From the human T2T-CHM13v2.0 reference genome, Homo sapiens: a DNA stretch of 64,000 nucleotides. The stretch is taken from NCBI RefSeq assembly GCF_009914755.1, contig NC_060934.1. One strand, written 5' to 3'. Both the position numbers and the translations under genes were made by a program. The notes under the pieces are model-generated. The model was given only the letters and a program-made list of their open reading frames with translations, made no database searches and was not told the DNA's origin. The first letter of the stretch is position 1. Every line of letters begins with the position of its first letter. Shown here one piece after another: positions 1 to 14,280 of the stretch.

Positions 1-360
<360 letters not shown>

Positions 361-857
361 TCAGTCTTGCTGAGACATGATCACCACCACACTCAATTAG
401 TGCTTCCTTCAGTTACGCTGACTTCGTCTGCCTTTGCTTTGTCAGTTATTTCGGTACTAGGCTTGTATGAACGCATGAGAATGAGAAGTTTATACATACT
501 TTTCTAATATTTCATATTTGAAAGTCAGTCTTATAACTCCAGAGCTCGAAAGATCTTTTCACAATATATATAATGTTTCAGCTATACCATGACTTAACTA
601 ACCACATGCCACTACACTTTAAGATGAAATGGATTGTGGGTTCCAAATGTCCAACATGAAAATAATTAGTTAAAGTAAAACAGAATTTAAAGAAAACCCA
701 TAACAACTGAAGGTCACATGAGTTTTGGGAAAAAAAAATGAGTTAAGGCAAAACATGCCTTAACTAAGGCCATATAACTGGGGTAGAGTCACAAAGGCTG
801 AAACATTATTTGCTTTATTTTTAGGGCAGCCCTTTGCATATCTTCTTCTAGTCTTTC

Positions 858-1056
858 TGTGTCTCTCATGGTAGCCATTAGCCGCATATGGCTATTTAAG
901 TTAATTAAAATGAAATGAAATTTAAAAATTAGTTCACCAGTCATACTGGACACATTGCCAGACTCAATAACTTGGTGTGACAGGTGGCTACCACTGTGGG
1001 ACAGCACAGATATAGAGCATTTCTATCATCATGGAATGTTCTATTGGACAGCTCTG
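858..1056. mobile_element. MER3-like hAT-Charlie DNA transposon fossil
   Basis: gtagccattagccgcatatggcta...ggacagcacagatatagagcatttctatcatcatggaatgttctattggacagc resembles the MER3 consensus. Confidence 0.7.
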
Positions 1057-2504
1057 AGTCAGTGATAAAGACCTAAAACTTACATCATCCAATTGCCACC
1101 TGAGAATTAGATTATTTTAAATATCAGGGCCTTCAGGAGGTAAAATTAGGTACAAACTCAAGGGTTTTTTCCTTATGAGCTTCAAGGAGGTTCTTTCTCA
1201 ATTTTCACTGATGGATGATATTACTTTAAATAGTTATTTAAACTTGAGAGTTAAATTGGTGAATTTCCAGATATATGAAATTCTTACGTATCTTTTCTGG
1301 GTTTACACAGGCCTTGTTTTTGATGGATTTACTCTAGCAAAAGAGTACAAAAACATACCAAATTTATATATTTTGATACTGTCTGGTGTTTATAAGAACT
1401 GTGTGCATTTCTGAGTGTTACTCGACTTTGAAAATTAATCTATTGGATCCTACATGCCAAGAAACATGCACCATTTCTTTGTAGTGTAGTGTGTCAAAGT
1501 GTTCTTATGCCCTTACAGGTATTTGCTTTCGAGTCCATCACAGGGACTCCTGCATATTTGCCTATACTTGCTGACACCCGGGTTGAACTACAAACACTTC
1601 CATAATGTTCTCTTCAGGGTTTGTAATATGTACCCATTAATTATATGTGTGAAGAACAAGATTATTAATTATATTTACAATAAAATATTAGAACAAAATA
1701 TGTCTCAATATTCTGTCAAAATGTGCCCAAACACACCATATGTATGTATACATGTGTGTATAACTACATGTTTCATATGTATGTATATATAAGTAACTTA
1801 GTTACTTTAGTTACAAATAGTGTTTGCCTAAGATATCAATGCACAGATCACATACCTTAAATGGAAATCCTGACAATTCTATATGTGAATAAAAATATAT
1901 TATTTGCAATATCCCTTTTCCCCCAAAGAATTGAGGTAGTTTAAGCATTAACATTTGTAGTAATTCCACATAAAGTACTAGAAGTGTTAGGAGAGTCCAA
2001 TGTCAACATCTTGCAGAAGAACATATTTTCCTTCAGGGAAGATCTTTATGTACATTAGTTGAGGTATGACTAGTAAAGGAGAAATCAATAGAGAGGGAGA
2101 ACAGACAGCTACTTTAATTGAAGACCACTAATTGCCTTAGACTTCTTAAAAGCATGTATTCATTCCATTTTCTTTTGATTGTTACCCATTGGAGATGATG
2201 AAGTAGTACCGGTAAAATACGGCATTCCTTTTCTTAAAAATGATATATTGATTACCCTAATGGAACTGTGTCTTTTATTGAATGCTTAAAGAACTGTACC
2301 TGCTGAATAAATCAATTAACTGCTAATCAATGGGCCAGAAATGTTTTGGCAGTAATTGCTGCTCTATTATTTTAATTGGGAAAGTACATCCAAGAGTATA
2401 TAAAATGTATAAGTACAATTTGAAAAACAACGATTAAAATAAACACCAGGGCACCTACTACCCAGCTGAAAAAGCAGACTATTTCTATAATCTTAGAAGC
2501 CCCC

Positions 2505-2880
2505 GTATTAGTTTGGTGGGGCTGTCATAACACACACCAGAGACTGTGTGGCTTAAACAACAGAAATTTATCTTATAGCTTTGGAGCTAGATGTCCAAGA
2601 TGAAGGCATTGGCAGGTTTGGTTTCTTCTGAGGCCGCTTTCCTTGGCTTTGAGACAGTTGCCTTCTTACTGTGTCCACAGATGGCCTTTTGTATGTCTGT
2701 GTCCTGATCTCTTCTTATAAGGACACCAGCCATATAAGATTAGGGGCCACACATATGACCTCATTTCACCTTAATTGCCTTTTTAAAGGGCCTTTCTCCA
2801 AATACAGTCACATTCTAAGGTACCGGGGTTAGGATGTCAATACAGGAATTTGCTGGGGGGAAGGGAGAGGAAATTCATCT
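2505..2880 (-). mobile_element. MLT1 (ERVL-MaLR) solo LTR
   Basis: gtattagttt...ggcttaaacaacagaaatttat...cttataaggacaccagccat...cagtcacattctaagg are typical MLT1A-D motifs. Confidence 0.8.
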
Positions 2881-3301
2881 CATACACTTTCTCATGCTAA
2901 ATTCATTATTACATTTCCCTTATTCCCAACCAGTGGTAACCATTATGCTGAAGTTTCTATTAATCATTATCTTGATTTCCTCTACAGTTTTGTTTCTAGT
3001 GTACATATTCCTAAGCAATACACTGTTTAGTTTTACCCTGTTTTGAACCTTACAAAAATGGCCTCATACTTTGTCCATTCTTCTATGACTGGTTTCTTTT
3101 ACTTAATCTTATATTTGTTAGATTTATACATATGGTTGTATACAGCTGTAGTCCATCTATTTTCATTGCTATGTAGTATTCTATTGCACAAACAATGTGT
3201 AAGTCCTTTCTCCTACAGGTGGACTTTGGCATTCTTTCTCTCCAACCCTTTTTGCTCTTAAAATGCTGTTATGCATGTTCCTGTGTACATGTCTCCTACT
3301 A

Positions 3302-3807
3302 CAGCAGTCCCCAACATTTTTGCCACCAGTGGCCGGTTTTGTGGAAGACAATTTTTCCATGGAACTGGGGCTGGGGGTGGGGGATGGTTTCGGGATGATT
3401 CAAGCACATTATTATTACTTACTGTGTACTTTATTTCTATCGTCATTACATTGTAATACATAATGAAATACAACTCACCATAATGTAGCATCAGTGGGAG
3501 CCCTGAGATTATTTTTCTGCAACTAGATGGTCCCATATGGGGGTGATGGAAGACAGTGACAGATCATCAGGCGTTAGATTCTCATAAGGAGCCCACAACC
3601 TAGATCCCTCACGTGCACAGTTCACAATAGGGTTTGTGCTCCTATGAGAACCCAGTGCCTCCGCTAATCTGACGGGAGGCGGAACTCAGGCAGTGATGTG
3701 AGTGGTGGGGAGCTGCTCTAAATACAGATGTAGCTTCTCAGCCTGCAGCTCACCTCGCCTGCTGCCGTGTGACCTGGTTCCTAGGCTACAGGGGTTGGGG
3801 ACCCCTG
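3302..3807. mobile_element. MER1A hAT-Charlie DNA transposon (~506 bp)
   Basis: Terminal inverted repeats cagcagtccccaac / gttggggacccctg; internal ggttttgtggaagacaatttttcc and ttagattctcataaggagc. Confidence 0.85.
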
Positions 3808-4537
3808 CCTTGCTGGACAGATATGAGTTTCCCTGGCTAATCTGGGATGGAAACTCTGGGTGGTGTAGTTTGCACATGTTTGACTCTACCAGGGATCTTT
3901 AAATTGTTTTCCAAAGTACAAATGGGTTATAAATGTTTCTCTCATTCCATAGTCTCATGAATATCTGGCAAAAATTTAAAAAGGCGGGCAGCCCCAATCT
4001 GCTGACTGTGCAACTGCGGCTCACTGGGGTTTTCCTTTACGCCTCCCTCCTCAGTAGCAAGACAGAGCACCTTTGCTTATGTTTATGGAACATTTGATTT
4101 TCTTCTCCTGTGAAATACTTGCTCATGTTTTCTGACCATTTCCTTTCCTGCTTTCTTCCTCCTCCCTTTCTCTTGTCATTGTGAATTTGTAGTTATTTCT
4201 ACATTCTGGAAGCTATGCTTTTCTCTGTTTAATGTGTGACAAATATCTTCTCCCAGTTTGGGCTTTGGCTTTTCATCCTCTTAAGTGTGTTCTCATGAAC
4301 AGAATGCCTTAATTTTAATAAAATCCTTCATGGTTTAAAGTCTTTGTGCCTTATTTGAGAAATCCTTCCCTACTCCAAGATCAAAAAGCAGACTGTGTTA
4401 TCTTCTAAATGTTTCATAATTTTGCCTTTCACATTTAAGTCCCATCCAGACTTGATTTTTGTGTCCAGTACCAAGTAGGAGTCCAACTCTACTTTAGAGA
4501 AAATGTGATTAACCAATTGTTCCAGCACCATTTGTTA

Positions 4538-4963
<426 letters not shown>

Positions 4964-5063
4964 TTAATTACTACAGCTTTACTCTGAGTCCTGATGTTTG
5001 GTGAGTCTTCTCACCTCTACTATCTCAGCACCCTGGGATTGCTCCACTGTCTTCTGTTTCTAT

Positions 5064-5171
5064 TTCTTTTTTATAAAAATGAGGTCTCAATATGTTACCC
5101 AGGCTGGTCTCAAACTCCTATCCTCAAGCAATCCTCCTGCCTCAGCCTCTCAAGTAGCTGGGACTACAGGC
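5064..5171 (-). mobile_element. FLAM / Alu monomer fragment
   Basis: gaggtctcaatatgttacccaggctggtctcaaactcc...gtagctgggactacagg. Confidence 0.8.
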
Positions 5172-8100
5172 TCGAGCGATCACGGATGACTTGGTTTCCA
5201 TTCTTGTTGCTGAGAAGTCAGTCCTCAGCCTCCTTGGGCAGGTGACCCATCTCTTCTCTGCAGCTGCTTTTGTGATCTTTTTTCTTCCATGTTTGGCAGT
5301 GTGGCCATTGTATGTCTGGGTGTGAATTTTGTTTTATTTGTTCACTTTGATTTGTCCTCCTTGGAGAAAGGATGCTCCCTTACTCTCTTCACTGGGGCTG
5401 TTTTATTTCTTATTCACCCATACACACTTGTCTGTCTTTTGCAGCGTTCAGGGCTCAATGGCAGGTTGGAAAAGGTAGGTAGGGTTAAGGGTGTGACCCA
5501 AGATTGGAGACTGTGCAGGCCAAGAGTGGCCGAAGGCCAGGGGAGAATACAGGCTGGAGGTGAGGGAGCCAGCAGGTAAGAGGAGCCGGTAGGTGCTGGC
5601 CAAAAAAGGGCTACAGACTGAGAGACTGGACAGAGGTCTGTGGAATGGACATTCTAGAGAGGAAAGGACCACTTCCTATGGGATGCTGGGTAGGAGAGAA
5701 GGAAAGGGTTCTGCTGCAAGAGAAGCATTATAATTTGGAGGCAAGCTCTCCTCAACAAAGGTGACAAAAAAAGTCATGGCAAAGTTCAACAGCTTCCTGT
5801 TTCCTCCAAAGTCATAAGAAAATATCTTTTTAAGTTTGAAAGTTCAAGTGAATCGATATATTTTTATCTACTACACTGCCTCTTAGGCCATAAGGCACTG
5901 ACATTTATTGATATCCCTATTTACCTGTATGCATGCAGGCATGTGCATGAACACTTGCTTTTGTGTGTAACTGTATTATGGGACCTGGGCTGATGTCCCA
6001 GTTTATTATAGAATTTTTCATGAAATAGCTCTTGCTATTTGTACTTATACTTCACTCTCAGTTCCATCTAGGAGTCAGATCTAAGTTCCCTCTTTAGGGC
6101 ATGTAGGCTTGGAGATAAACCCCAAGACTGATACTGCATTTACTCCAAATCCCTCTTTCCTCCTAGGAGGGAAGCTTTGTCGTTGGGCAAAACTCATCAG
6201 ACACTCTATCCTCAGTGCACATGTGCTCACAGGAGGCAAGTGCCTTCCTCACAGAAAGGCTTTTTTGGCAGACTCCCCTTGAGATGGCAAGCCCAGGCAA
6301 ATCTGCAAAGACGGGTGCGGCCAGGACCCAGCTGCCCACCTCTAGGGCCCCCAGGTGCCTGTGTTCTCTCAGAGGTTTCCCACAATGCACTTGGCTAGGG
6401 CATCCCAGTGAACTGGCTGTACAAACAGATGTGCAAAAAGTGATGATTGATTGATTGGCTGATTAGATTGATTTCCCTATTTTTTTTTTTTTTTGGTGCT
6501 ATCCATGTCGTGCTACCCTTCTTTAATGTGTGCGATTGGAGGCTGATCCAAACTTGACTTTAAATCATTTCACCCATAATGAACACAAAATACCTCGAGT
6601 CCATAAATGTAGCTTTGCATGGTTGTAGGGTGCTCATTATTTTCCCTGAAGGACGGGATGACACACAGCATCAGGTCCTTGGTGTTTTTCTCTCTTTAGA
6701 GAACAAGAAATTTTCAACAGCTTAGAAACATCTGCCCTGATTCTGAGGGTGAATTAATGTGGCAGTGGAACGGCAGCAGGTCTGGCAGGCAGGAGGGAAT
6801 TACCATCCAAAAAGTAAGATTTGGGGTCAACAGCCAAGTCCACTCCCATCACAACTCTGAGATTATCCTTCCAAAGACCATGGTCAGCCAGAGCCAAAGT
6901 CATTCATCTCAACCATCAATACTGGAAGCTCAGAGGGATCTAATTTTTCAAGAAGAACAACAAAATTAAAATATTGCATTCAAGGGAACTCTAAAATAAC
7001 TAGATCCCTCTCCGGCACTAAATAAATGCTTCAGGCTGCAGCCTTGGCATTCACGGGGCACGAGGGAGTCATTTATTGCTATGAATATTTAGAGGCAATC
7101 TTGATTACCACTTTAATATCAGTGTGCTACTTCCACAGCCTGGAAGATATGCGCACTGTGGAATTTAGAGAGGACAAAATTGAATTAACTGCAGTATAAC
7201 ACAGTCAGGAATTAAGGCACGGCAGCATTATAATGGGGTGTCCCTGGATTGGGGCCTGTTTGTTATTACATAAATAATGATAATGTTTATTCTTGAGTTA
7301 CTGACAATTTTTCCGATGGATAATTAACTTTAGCCAACAACCTGTTAAAATGCTATGTACAGGATGGCATGTATTATCCTTAGGTTTATAATGCAGTTGG
7401 AAGTTTGTGTGTTCAAACGTTGGATTATTTTAAGCACAGGATCTTCTCACTGTGTTTCTGCAGCATGATAGAGTCTTGGTTTTTCAGCTTGCTTCTCCCT
7501 CCCTGCAGGAAAAGGCACCATCACATCACCTTTGGTCCTCGTGATGCTCTTAGCTCAAGTTCTTTGTCCCGTCGCTACCGGTGTGATTGTTAATCCTCAG
7601 ATTTGCAGCAAACATTTTAGATTTTCATTTTAGATTACTTTAGCTATAGCCAGAGCATCTTAAAGCCTTATTTATGCACTGAAATACTTCTGGTCTGCTT
7701 CTGTGCATCTGAATGCTATAGAATGACAGTCCACCAGGCACGTGCATCTGTCTGAGGACAATGGCCAATTCTGAAGCAGACGACATTACTCTGTTCCTTT
7801 CTTGAGCTTACTATTGGGTTGGAAGAGGGAAATGAAAACATGACTTATCAGAAAGCAACCTGGAAAACACTATGACATGGATTTCTCAAACTTAACACAG
7901 CTAAAATTCAGCTTTTATTTGACCATCTCCCTCCATCACCCCTGATCCACGACAGAGGGGAGGTTGGAGAAAATCCACCCTGGCTTTCCTCCAGAATTCC
8001 TGAGCTTAGTGATGCCCTTTCTTAAGACCCTTCAATGGCAACCTGATGTGCTTAGAACAAAACCACGGCCTTCACGCTGTGAAGGCTCTGGCGTCTGCTC

Positions 8101-9043
8101 ACCTGGCACCTCACTTGGATGTCATCACTTGCTTGTTCCCGAAGCTTCTGGGTCCTTGTGGCTGCTGACTCTCTGCCAAAACATCTTCCCTGGGCCCTTT
8201 GTGTGGCTTAACCTCCAGGCACTGGCCTGGACATCACCACCTCAGAGAAGTCCCGGCCTCCTAAGGGGGTTGTTGGTTCTCACACACCCTGTTCTGTCTC
8301 TTCCTAGCAAAGTTCCTCATTTGTGATGATTTGTTGTTTTTCTTTTACTTGTTTACAGTCTATCTCCCTCGGCAAAATAGAAACTTCCCAAGGACAAAGA
8401 ATTTGTCAGCGTGCTCCACATTACAGTCCCCACACCCGGAGCAGGGCCACCGAGATGCCTCTGTAGGATGAAGGGTACAGGCAGGAGGAGTCGGGGATGC
8501 AGGAGGAACACTAACTGGGGGGCGGAGAGGAGACCCCAAAGCTGCAAAGGTCCCCTGAGGAGGTATAACAGTGGCCTCCAGTCCCTCCTCACCTGTCACA
8601 CACTGTCACAAGCAGAGGGTCCTCTGACCTGTGGGCTGTCTGCTTGCCTCACCCTAGGAGGCCAACGTCCTCTGTGGGACACAAGTGGCTGTACAAGGAT
8701 CCCTGTACAAGGAGCAGGGAAACCCTGGACTTTGAAAATGGACTTCCATACTGTTCTTCTGAGGAGAGTAGGCAGGGCTTGCCCTGTGAGCTGAATTTCT
8801 TACATTTGTACTTGGGACTATACAAATGACCAATGAATGCATGTTCCCAGGCTGGGTCCCAGCACCCTCAGCTCTCCGGAGAGGATTCCACATCCTCCTG
8901 CTCAGTTTATTTGGATCTTCGTGACAAAAAAAATCCAAAATAGGGCAGACAGGGTGAGGCGGCAGCAGCAAGAGCAGCAGCAGCAGCAGGACTTTTGATA
9001 AAATCTGAATCAATGCAAAATACAAGGTAAAGAGTGGAGGTGG

Positions 9044-9675
9044 GTGTGGTGACATGATGGCCTGGGGATAGGACTGTGTGGTGATGTGGTGGCCTCAGGA
9101 ACAGAACAGTGTGGTGACATAGTGGCCCCAAGGACAGGACCATGTGGTGACATGGTGGCCCTAAGGACAGGATCATGCGGTGACGTGGTGATCCAGGGAC
9201 AGGACCGTGTGGTGACATAGTGGCCCTAGGGACAGGACCGTGTGGTGACATAATGGCCCAGGGACAGGACTATGTGGTGGTACAGTGACTCTAAGGACCT
9301 GACCACATGGTGACACGGTGGCCCAGGGACAGGAAAGTGGTGACATAGTGGCCCAGGGGAAAGGATCATGTGGTAATATAGTTACCCCTAAGGACATGAC
9401 CACAGGGTGGCATGATGGCCTGGGGACAGGACCGCATGATGACATGGTAGCCCTGAGGATAGGACCACATGGTCACATGATGGCTTGGGGACAGGACCAT
9501 ATAGTGACATGGTGACCCAGGAATAAGATTGTGTGGTGACATGATGGCCAGAGAAAAGGACCATGTGGTGACACGGTGGCCCAGGGACAGGACCGTGTGG
9601 TGACACAATGGCTTGGGGACAGGACCATGTGGTGACTTGGTGCCTGGGGGCTGGATAGTGTGTTGACATCATGTT
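9044..9675. repeat. Minisatellite (VNTR-like), ~19 copies of a 32-33 bp unit, consensus about RTGTGGTGACAYGGTGGCCCAGGGACAGGACC
   Basis: Units read directly from the sequence; they generate the repetitive ORFs 8907-9251, 9173-9445, 9366-9608 and 9388-9714. Confidence 0.95.
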
Positions 9676-10381
9676 GCTGAAGTCAGCCTCTGACCAGGCC
9701 CCAGCTGACACCAAACCCTGCCAGGCTGTGGGACCACCTCCTCAGACCTCTGCTGCCCCGTGCCCTCTCCCACTTCCAGGCATCTCTGCCAGCACCTGGC
9801 TGCCTGCTGAGGACCATCAGATGCCAAGGCGGGGAGGCAGAAGGCCGAGGCCGGGATGAGTCTTTCCTGTCAGCCACGTACCACCTGGGCTCATAAGGAC
9901 CACTGGTAGCCCCAGTGCCATGTGCCTGGCATCCACATCCACGGGTACCAGCCCCTTGCAACGTTCAGTGTCGATGCCAGCTGCACTGGAAAGCAGGGCT
10001 GATGAGGAGGTGTGCTCACCATGGGAAGAAGGCCTAGGCTGGGTTCCAAGACCCAGTTCATTTCAGCATCCTCGGACCACCCCAGGTCTTGGAACACCCT
10101 GATCAATTTCTAGGAGCATCCTAGGTTGAAAGTTTATGGAGATGCAGCAATTCCTCCTCTTTTGACTGCAAAGGAACAATAATTTTAAGCAACAAAGAAC
10201 TATTTCATTTTGGAAATGTAGCATTTTTCCATTTAAGAGGCTACAGTAGGAGGGGCCTCAGGCTAGAAGGCTACGGTCAGACGGCAGCTGTGGGCCATGG
10301 ACTGAGGGCCAATCTTTTAACTCTGCTGGACCTCAGTTTTCTTACAAGGAAAATGGGATAACAAAACGCTTTTCCTATCAT

Positions 10382-10960
10382 TGTGGTCATAGAAATGACA
10401 GTCCCCAAAGATGTGCTAACCCTTGGAATGTGTGCATATGTTACCTTACTTGGCAAAAGGGACTGTGAAGATGCAATTAAGGTTAAGGACAGGGACCTCA
10501 CCCTGGATTATTCAGATGGGCCCAATGTAATCACAAGCGTTCCTGAAGGCAGAGAATCTTTCATGACTGGGGTCAGAAAGATGTGACAAGAGGGCTTGAC
10601 CCACTGTGCTTACTCTGAAGGTGCCAGAAGGGAGCCATGAGCCAAGGAACCTGGTGTCTCCAGAAGCTGGGAACCGCCCTCAACCGCCAGCAAGAAAATA
10701 GGAACCATGTTCCTACCACCACATAGAACTGAATTCCGCCAGTGCGTCAAGGAGCAGGAAATGGGTTCTCCCCCAGAGCCTCCACCAAGAAGGAAGTCCT
10801 GTGGACACTTTGTTTTTAACCTGGTGAGATTTGAAGCAGAGAATCCAACCATGCCCACTGGGCTTCTGACCTTGAGATTTTGACTGTGAGATAATAAATG
10901 GGTGTCATTTTAAGCCACTTAAACTGGTGTGATTTGTTATAGCAGCACTAGACAACTGAC
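10382..10960 (+). mobile_element. MLT1D/E-like MaLR solo LTR
   Basis: ccccaaagatgt...tatgttaccttacttggcaaaagggact...gactgtgagataataaat...gatttgttatagcagca. Confidence 0.8.
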
Positions 10961-13109
10961 TTAATTAGTATGATCGCTATGAGATTCAAATGGTAAAAAG
11001 GCTGTTTGGAAACCATCATGCGTGACAAAATGAAAATGCATGCTTATTACAGAAATCCAATCACAAATCAAACTGCTACTGCACAGCATGACAGTGACAA
11101 GATACCGTTTCACTTATTATCGATTGCTAATTTCCCAAATTGCACCCTTTTCATGCTTTTTATAGTTAGATCAAAATGGGCATAATAAATGACGCTTCAA
11201 AAATTTTTCAAAAAGGAATATTATACATTTATTAACTGAGGGCCTATTTATGAGCCAGGCACTGGGTCCAGTCCTGGGTTGATAGCTGAAAGCAGCTTAG
11301 CTTTCCCCCTTCTTCTATATGGGAAGAGGCTCTTACGTACTATGTGTACGACCAATCATAGAAGGGGATAGAAGGTACTAGAAGACCTGTAAGATGCAGC
11401 ACAAAATATGTGAATGTACTTCATTTTGGTGTAGAATGTTTTAAGCTAATACTTTCTAATGTATGCTTACTGATATAACCAGGGACATTAAAATATTATA
11501 AAAGCACAGAGCATTGTTTTTGGAGTGGCCTCTGAGGCCTTCTAAGACACAGCCAGTGGTAGAATAGCATGGACTGTGTTTATTAACCAGAAAGCTTGCT
11601 TCCCATTCAAAGTGCATTTATATAACTAATTTGATGTCTGGAAACATTCATGTACCATTTTTTTTTCCTACAACACATTTCAAAACTGTCAGTCAGGGGA
11701 AGTTAGCTTAAGTTGCTAGTTTGTTTGCATGCAAGCTGTCTTCTAGAAAAATACCCCATTCATATGTTGACTAAAATCCATTTATAAAGCATCACTGTAA
11801 TGTCTTTCAAATAAACATTAGCAGAATATACTAAGCCCTTTAAAGAGTAATCCTGCTATCGATCACAGAGGCACCGCAGGTCACTATGTACTGAGGCCGA
11901 ATGCAAACAAGTTTTTCTATTACAAACAGAATTACAGCTAATTGCTAACTTTTTAGAAAACACATTCAAATTGCACCATGAAAACACACACTACAAGCCT
12001 CATAAAGATCTTGCAAAGAGAATTCTCATTTCATGGCTGCAGACAAAAATTGAAGTTAGAGTGTCACTTGCTCTTCCCTTTGCTTGCCTGCCTGGCTGTG
12101 TCTTGAGGCATTCATGAGAGCCTCAGCATCAGGAGGGAGATGGCACGGGAGGAATGGGACAGAGGTGCACGCTGAGGCTGGAGGAGAAGCTCCACTGGAG
12201 TTGGGAGATGGAGTCAGAAAGCCCAGGGCTCGGGGGGTGATGGATGCAGCTCTGGGATTGAGGACTCAAGGCAAAAGCAGATGAAGGACTTGAGAAGGAC
12301 TGGGGGTCATCTGGCTGTGTGGCCCCTTGGAGCCACCACGTTAACCAGACTATCACTTCACCAGGCTTGCAGGGCTTTGCAACCTTTATGGGTATAACTT
12401 TCCATTTCAACCCAGTCTGGCTCTGGGACAGAGACATCCTCAATCTGTACACTTTGCTAATGAAAATTGGGGTTCAGCTTTTTTTTTTCCCGTTGAAACA
12501 TTAGAAAAATCAGCCAGTCATGAAGCCCAGACATACTTATGAAAAACTTGGTCCTCTATGTAGAAGATGCTCGACGCCAAATCTCCAGCTCTGACTGCTC
12601 TCTTGAGCCCAGCACATGCATTGCAAATGCCCCACAAGCCACAATCAGCAGATCTCTCCCTGGCAACTCAAAGGCTACAGTGCTGAAAACTCACCAGCTC
12701 ATTTCACATTTCTCCCGACTCCCCCGAGTGCATTCCTCATTTTGTGACCCCCTTGTTTTTCCTATTGTCATCATCATCCTTTTGGCTCCCATTGGTACCC
12801 TCTTCTGACTCTCTTTTTCCTCTCGGTTCCAATGTTGAATTAGTGGCTGAGTTTTGCAATTCCTTCTCTGGAGTACCTCCACAGTTCCTTCTATTCCTGC
12901 AACATGGCCCTCATTCCAGCTCTCCCCTGGCTACTCTTTCATCAGCCAGTCCTGTATATTGTTCCCTGAGCTGTTTTATTAATGCAGGGCTCAAATAATT
13001 CTTCTGCCCTTCATATATAAAGCCAAAGTTGGGTACAAAGCCAAGGTTCCTGAGCATCCCAGACTCCTCCACCTGCCTCCTCTTCCTCCATCCCATTCAG
13101 TGCTCTAGA

Positions 13110-13365
13110 GCAGGGTTGATGCACATTTTCTGTAATGGAACAGATAATAAATACATTAAGCTTTGTTAGCCATACAGTCCCTGTCATGACTGCTCAACTC
13201 TGCCACTGCAGTGCAAAAGCAGTCATAGATCATATAAATGAATGTGGCTGTGTTCCAGTCAAACTTTATTGATGTACACCAAAATTTGAATTTCCCATCA
13301 TTTTATGTGTTACGAAATATTCTTTTGAATTTTTTTCTCCAGTCATTTAAAAAGGTAAAAAAAAT
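13110..13365. mobile_element. MER58-like hAT-Charlie element
   Basis: ctcaactctgccactgcagtgcaaaagcagtcataga...gaatgtggctgtgttccagtcaaactttatt. Confidence 0.75.
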
Positions 13366-13374
13366 AAAAATAAA

Positions 13375-13553
13375 AAATCTCAAACACAGGAAAGCATCAA
13401 AATCGCCTGGAGTGCTTATTACAACAGATATCATTGCGCCCACCTCAAGTTTCCAATTCAGATGATCTGGGTGGGGCCCAAGCATTTGCATTTCTAGCAA
13501 GTTCCCAGGTGATGCTGATGCTGCTGGTCTGGGGACCACATTGCAGAACCATT
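13375..13553. mobile_element. MER5A hAT-Charlie element
   Basis: atttgcatttctagcaagttcccaggtgatgctgatgctgctggtctggggaccacattgcagaaccattg. Confidence 0.85.
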
Positions 13554-14009
13554 GTTGCTCGACCAAGTTTCACAGGCCAGCAACCCACAAGGCTCCTTCA
13601 GCCTGTAGCTCTATCACTGGCATGGCCCCAAAGTGGGCGCCATCCAGTGCTGTCAATTTGATTAAGTTGCTAACACCTAAGAGTCAGGAGAATTCTCAGA
13701 CAAATCTGGATGTGCAGCTTCTGGGAGGGGAGAAATACCAGGAAAAATGGCAACCCTTGGTTTCTACTTCAATGGTAACAGTTGGCTAAAACTAACTAGA
13801 GGCCACCAATTCTCCCAGCCCCACCTGCCCTATGGGATCCACACATGGAGCCCAAGGGGCAAAGCTTACCTGTCATCTTATGTCTGGCTAGCTTCACTAG
13901 TTTGTAACCCTGGCCTGGCCCCTACAGGTATTGACTTCACAATCCCTGGCCTCAAGTCAAACAGGATGATGATGTGGGATACACATGAAACAAGTGAATG
14001 AGCACCCCA

Positions 14010-14280
<271 letters not shown>

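Noticed and set aside
8654-9714. Repetitive ORFs (MSPHGPVP..., CHHTVLSLG...) and a CRISPR-like appearance
   Set aside because: These are translations of a head-to-tail minisatellite with no unique spacers, and the mixed 32/33-bp units break the reading frame.
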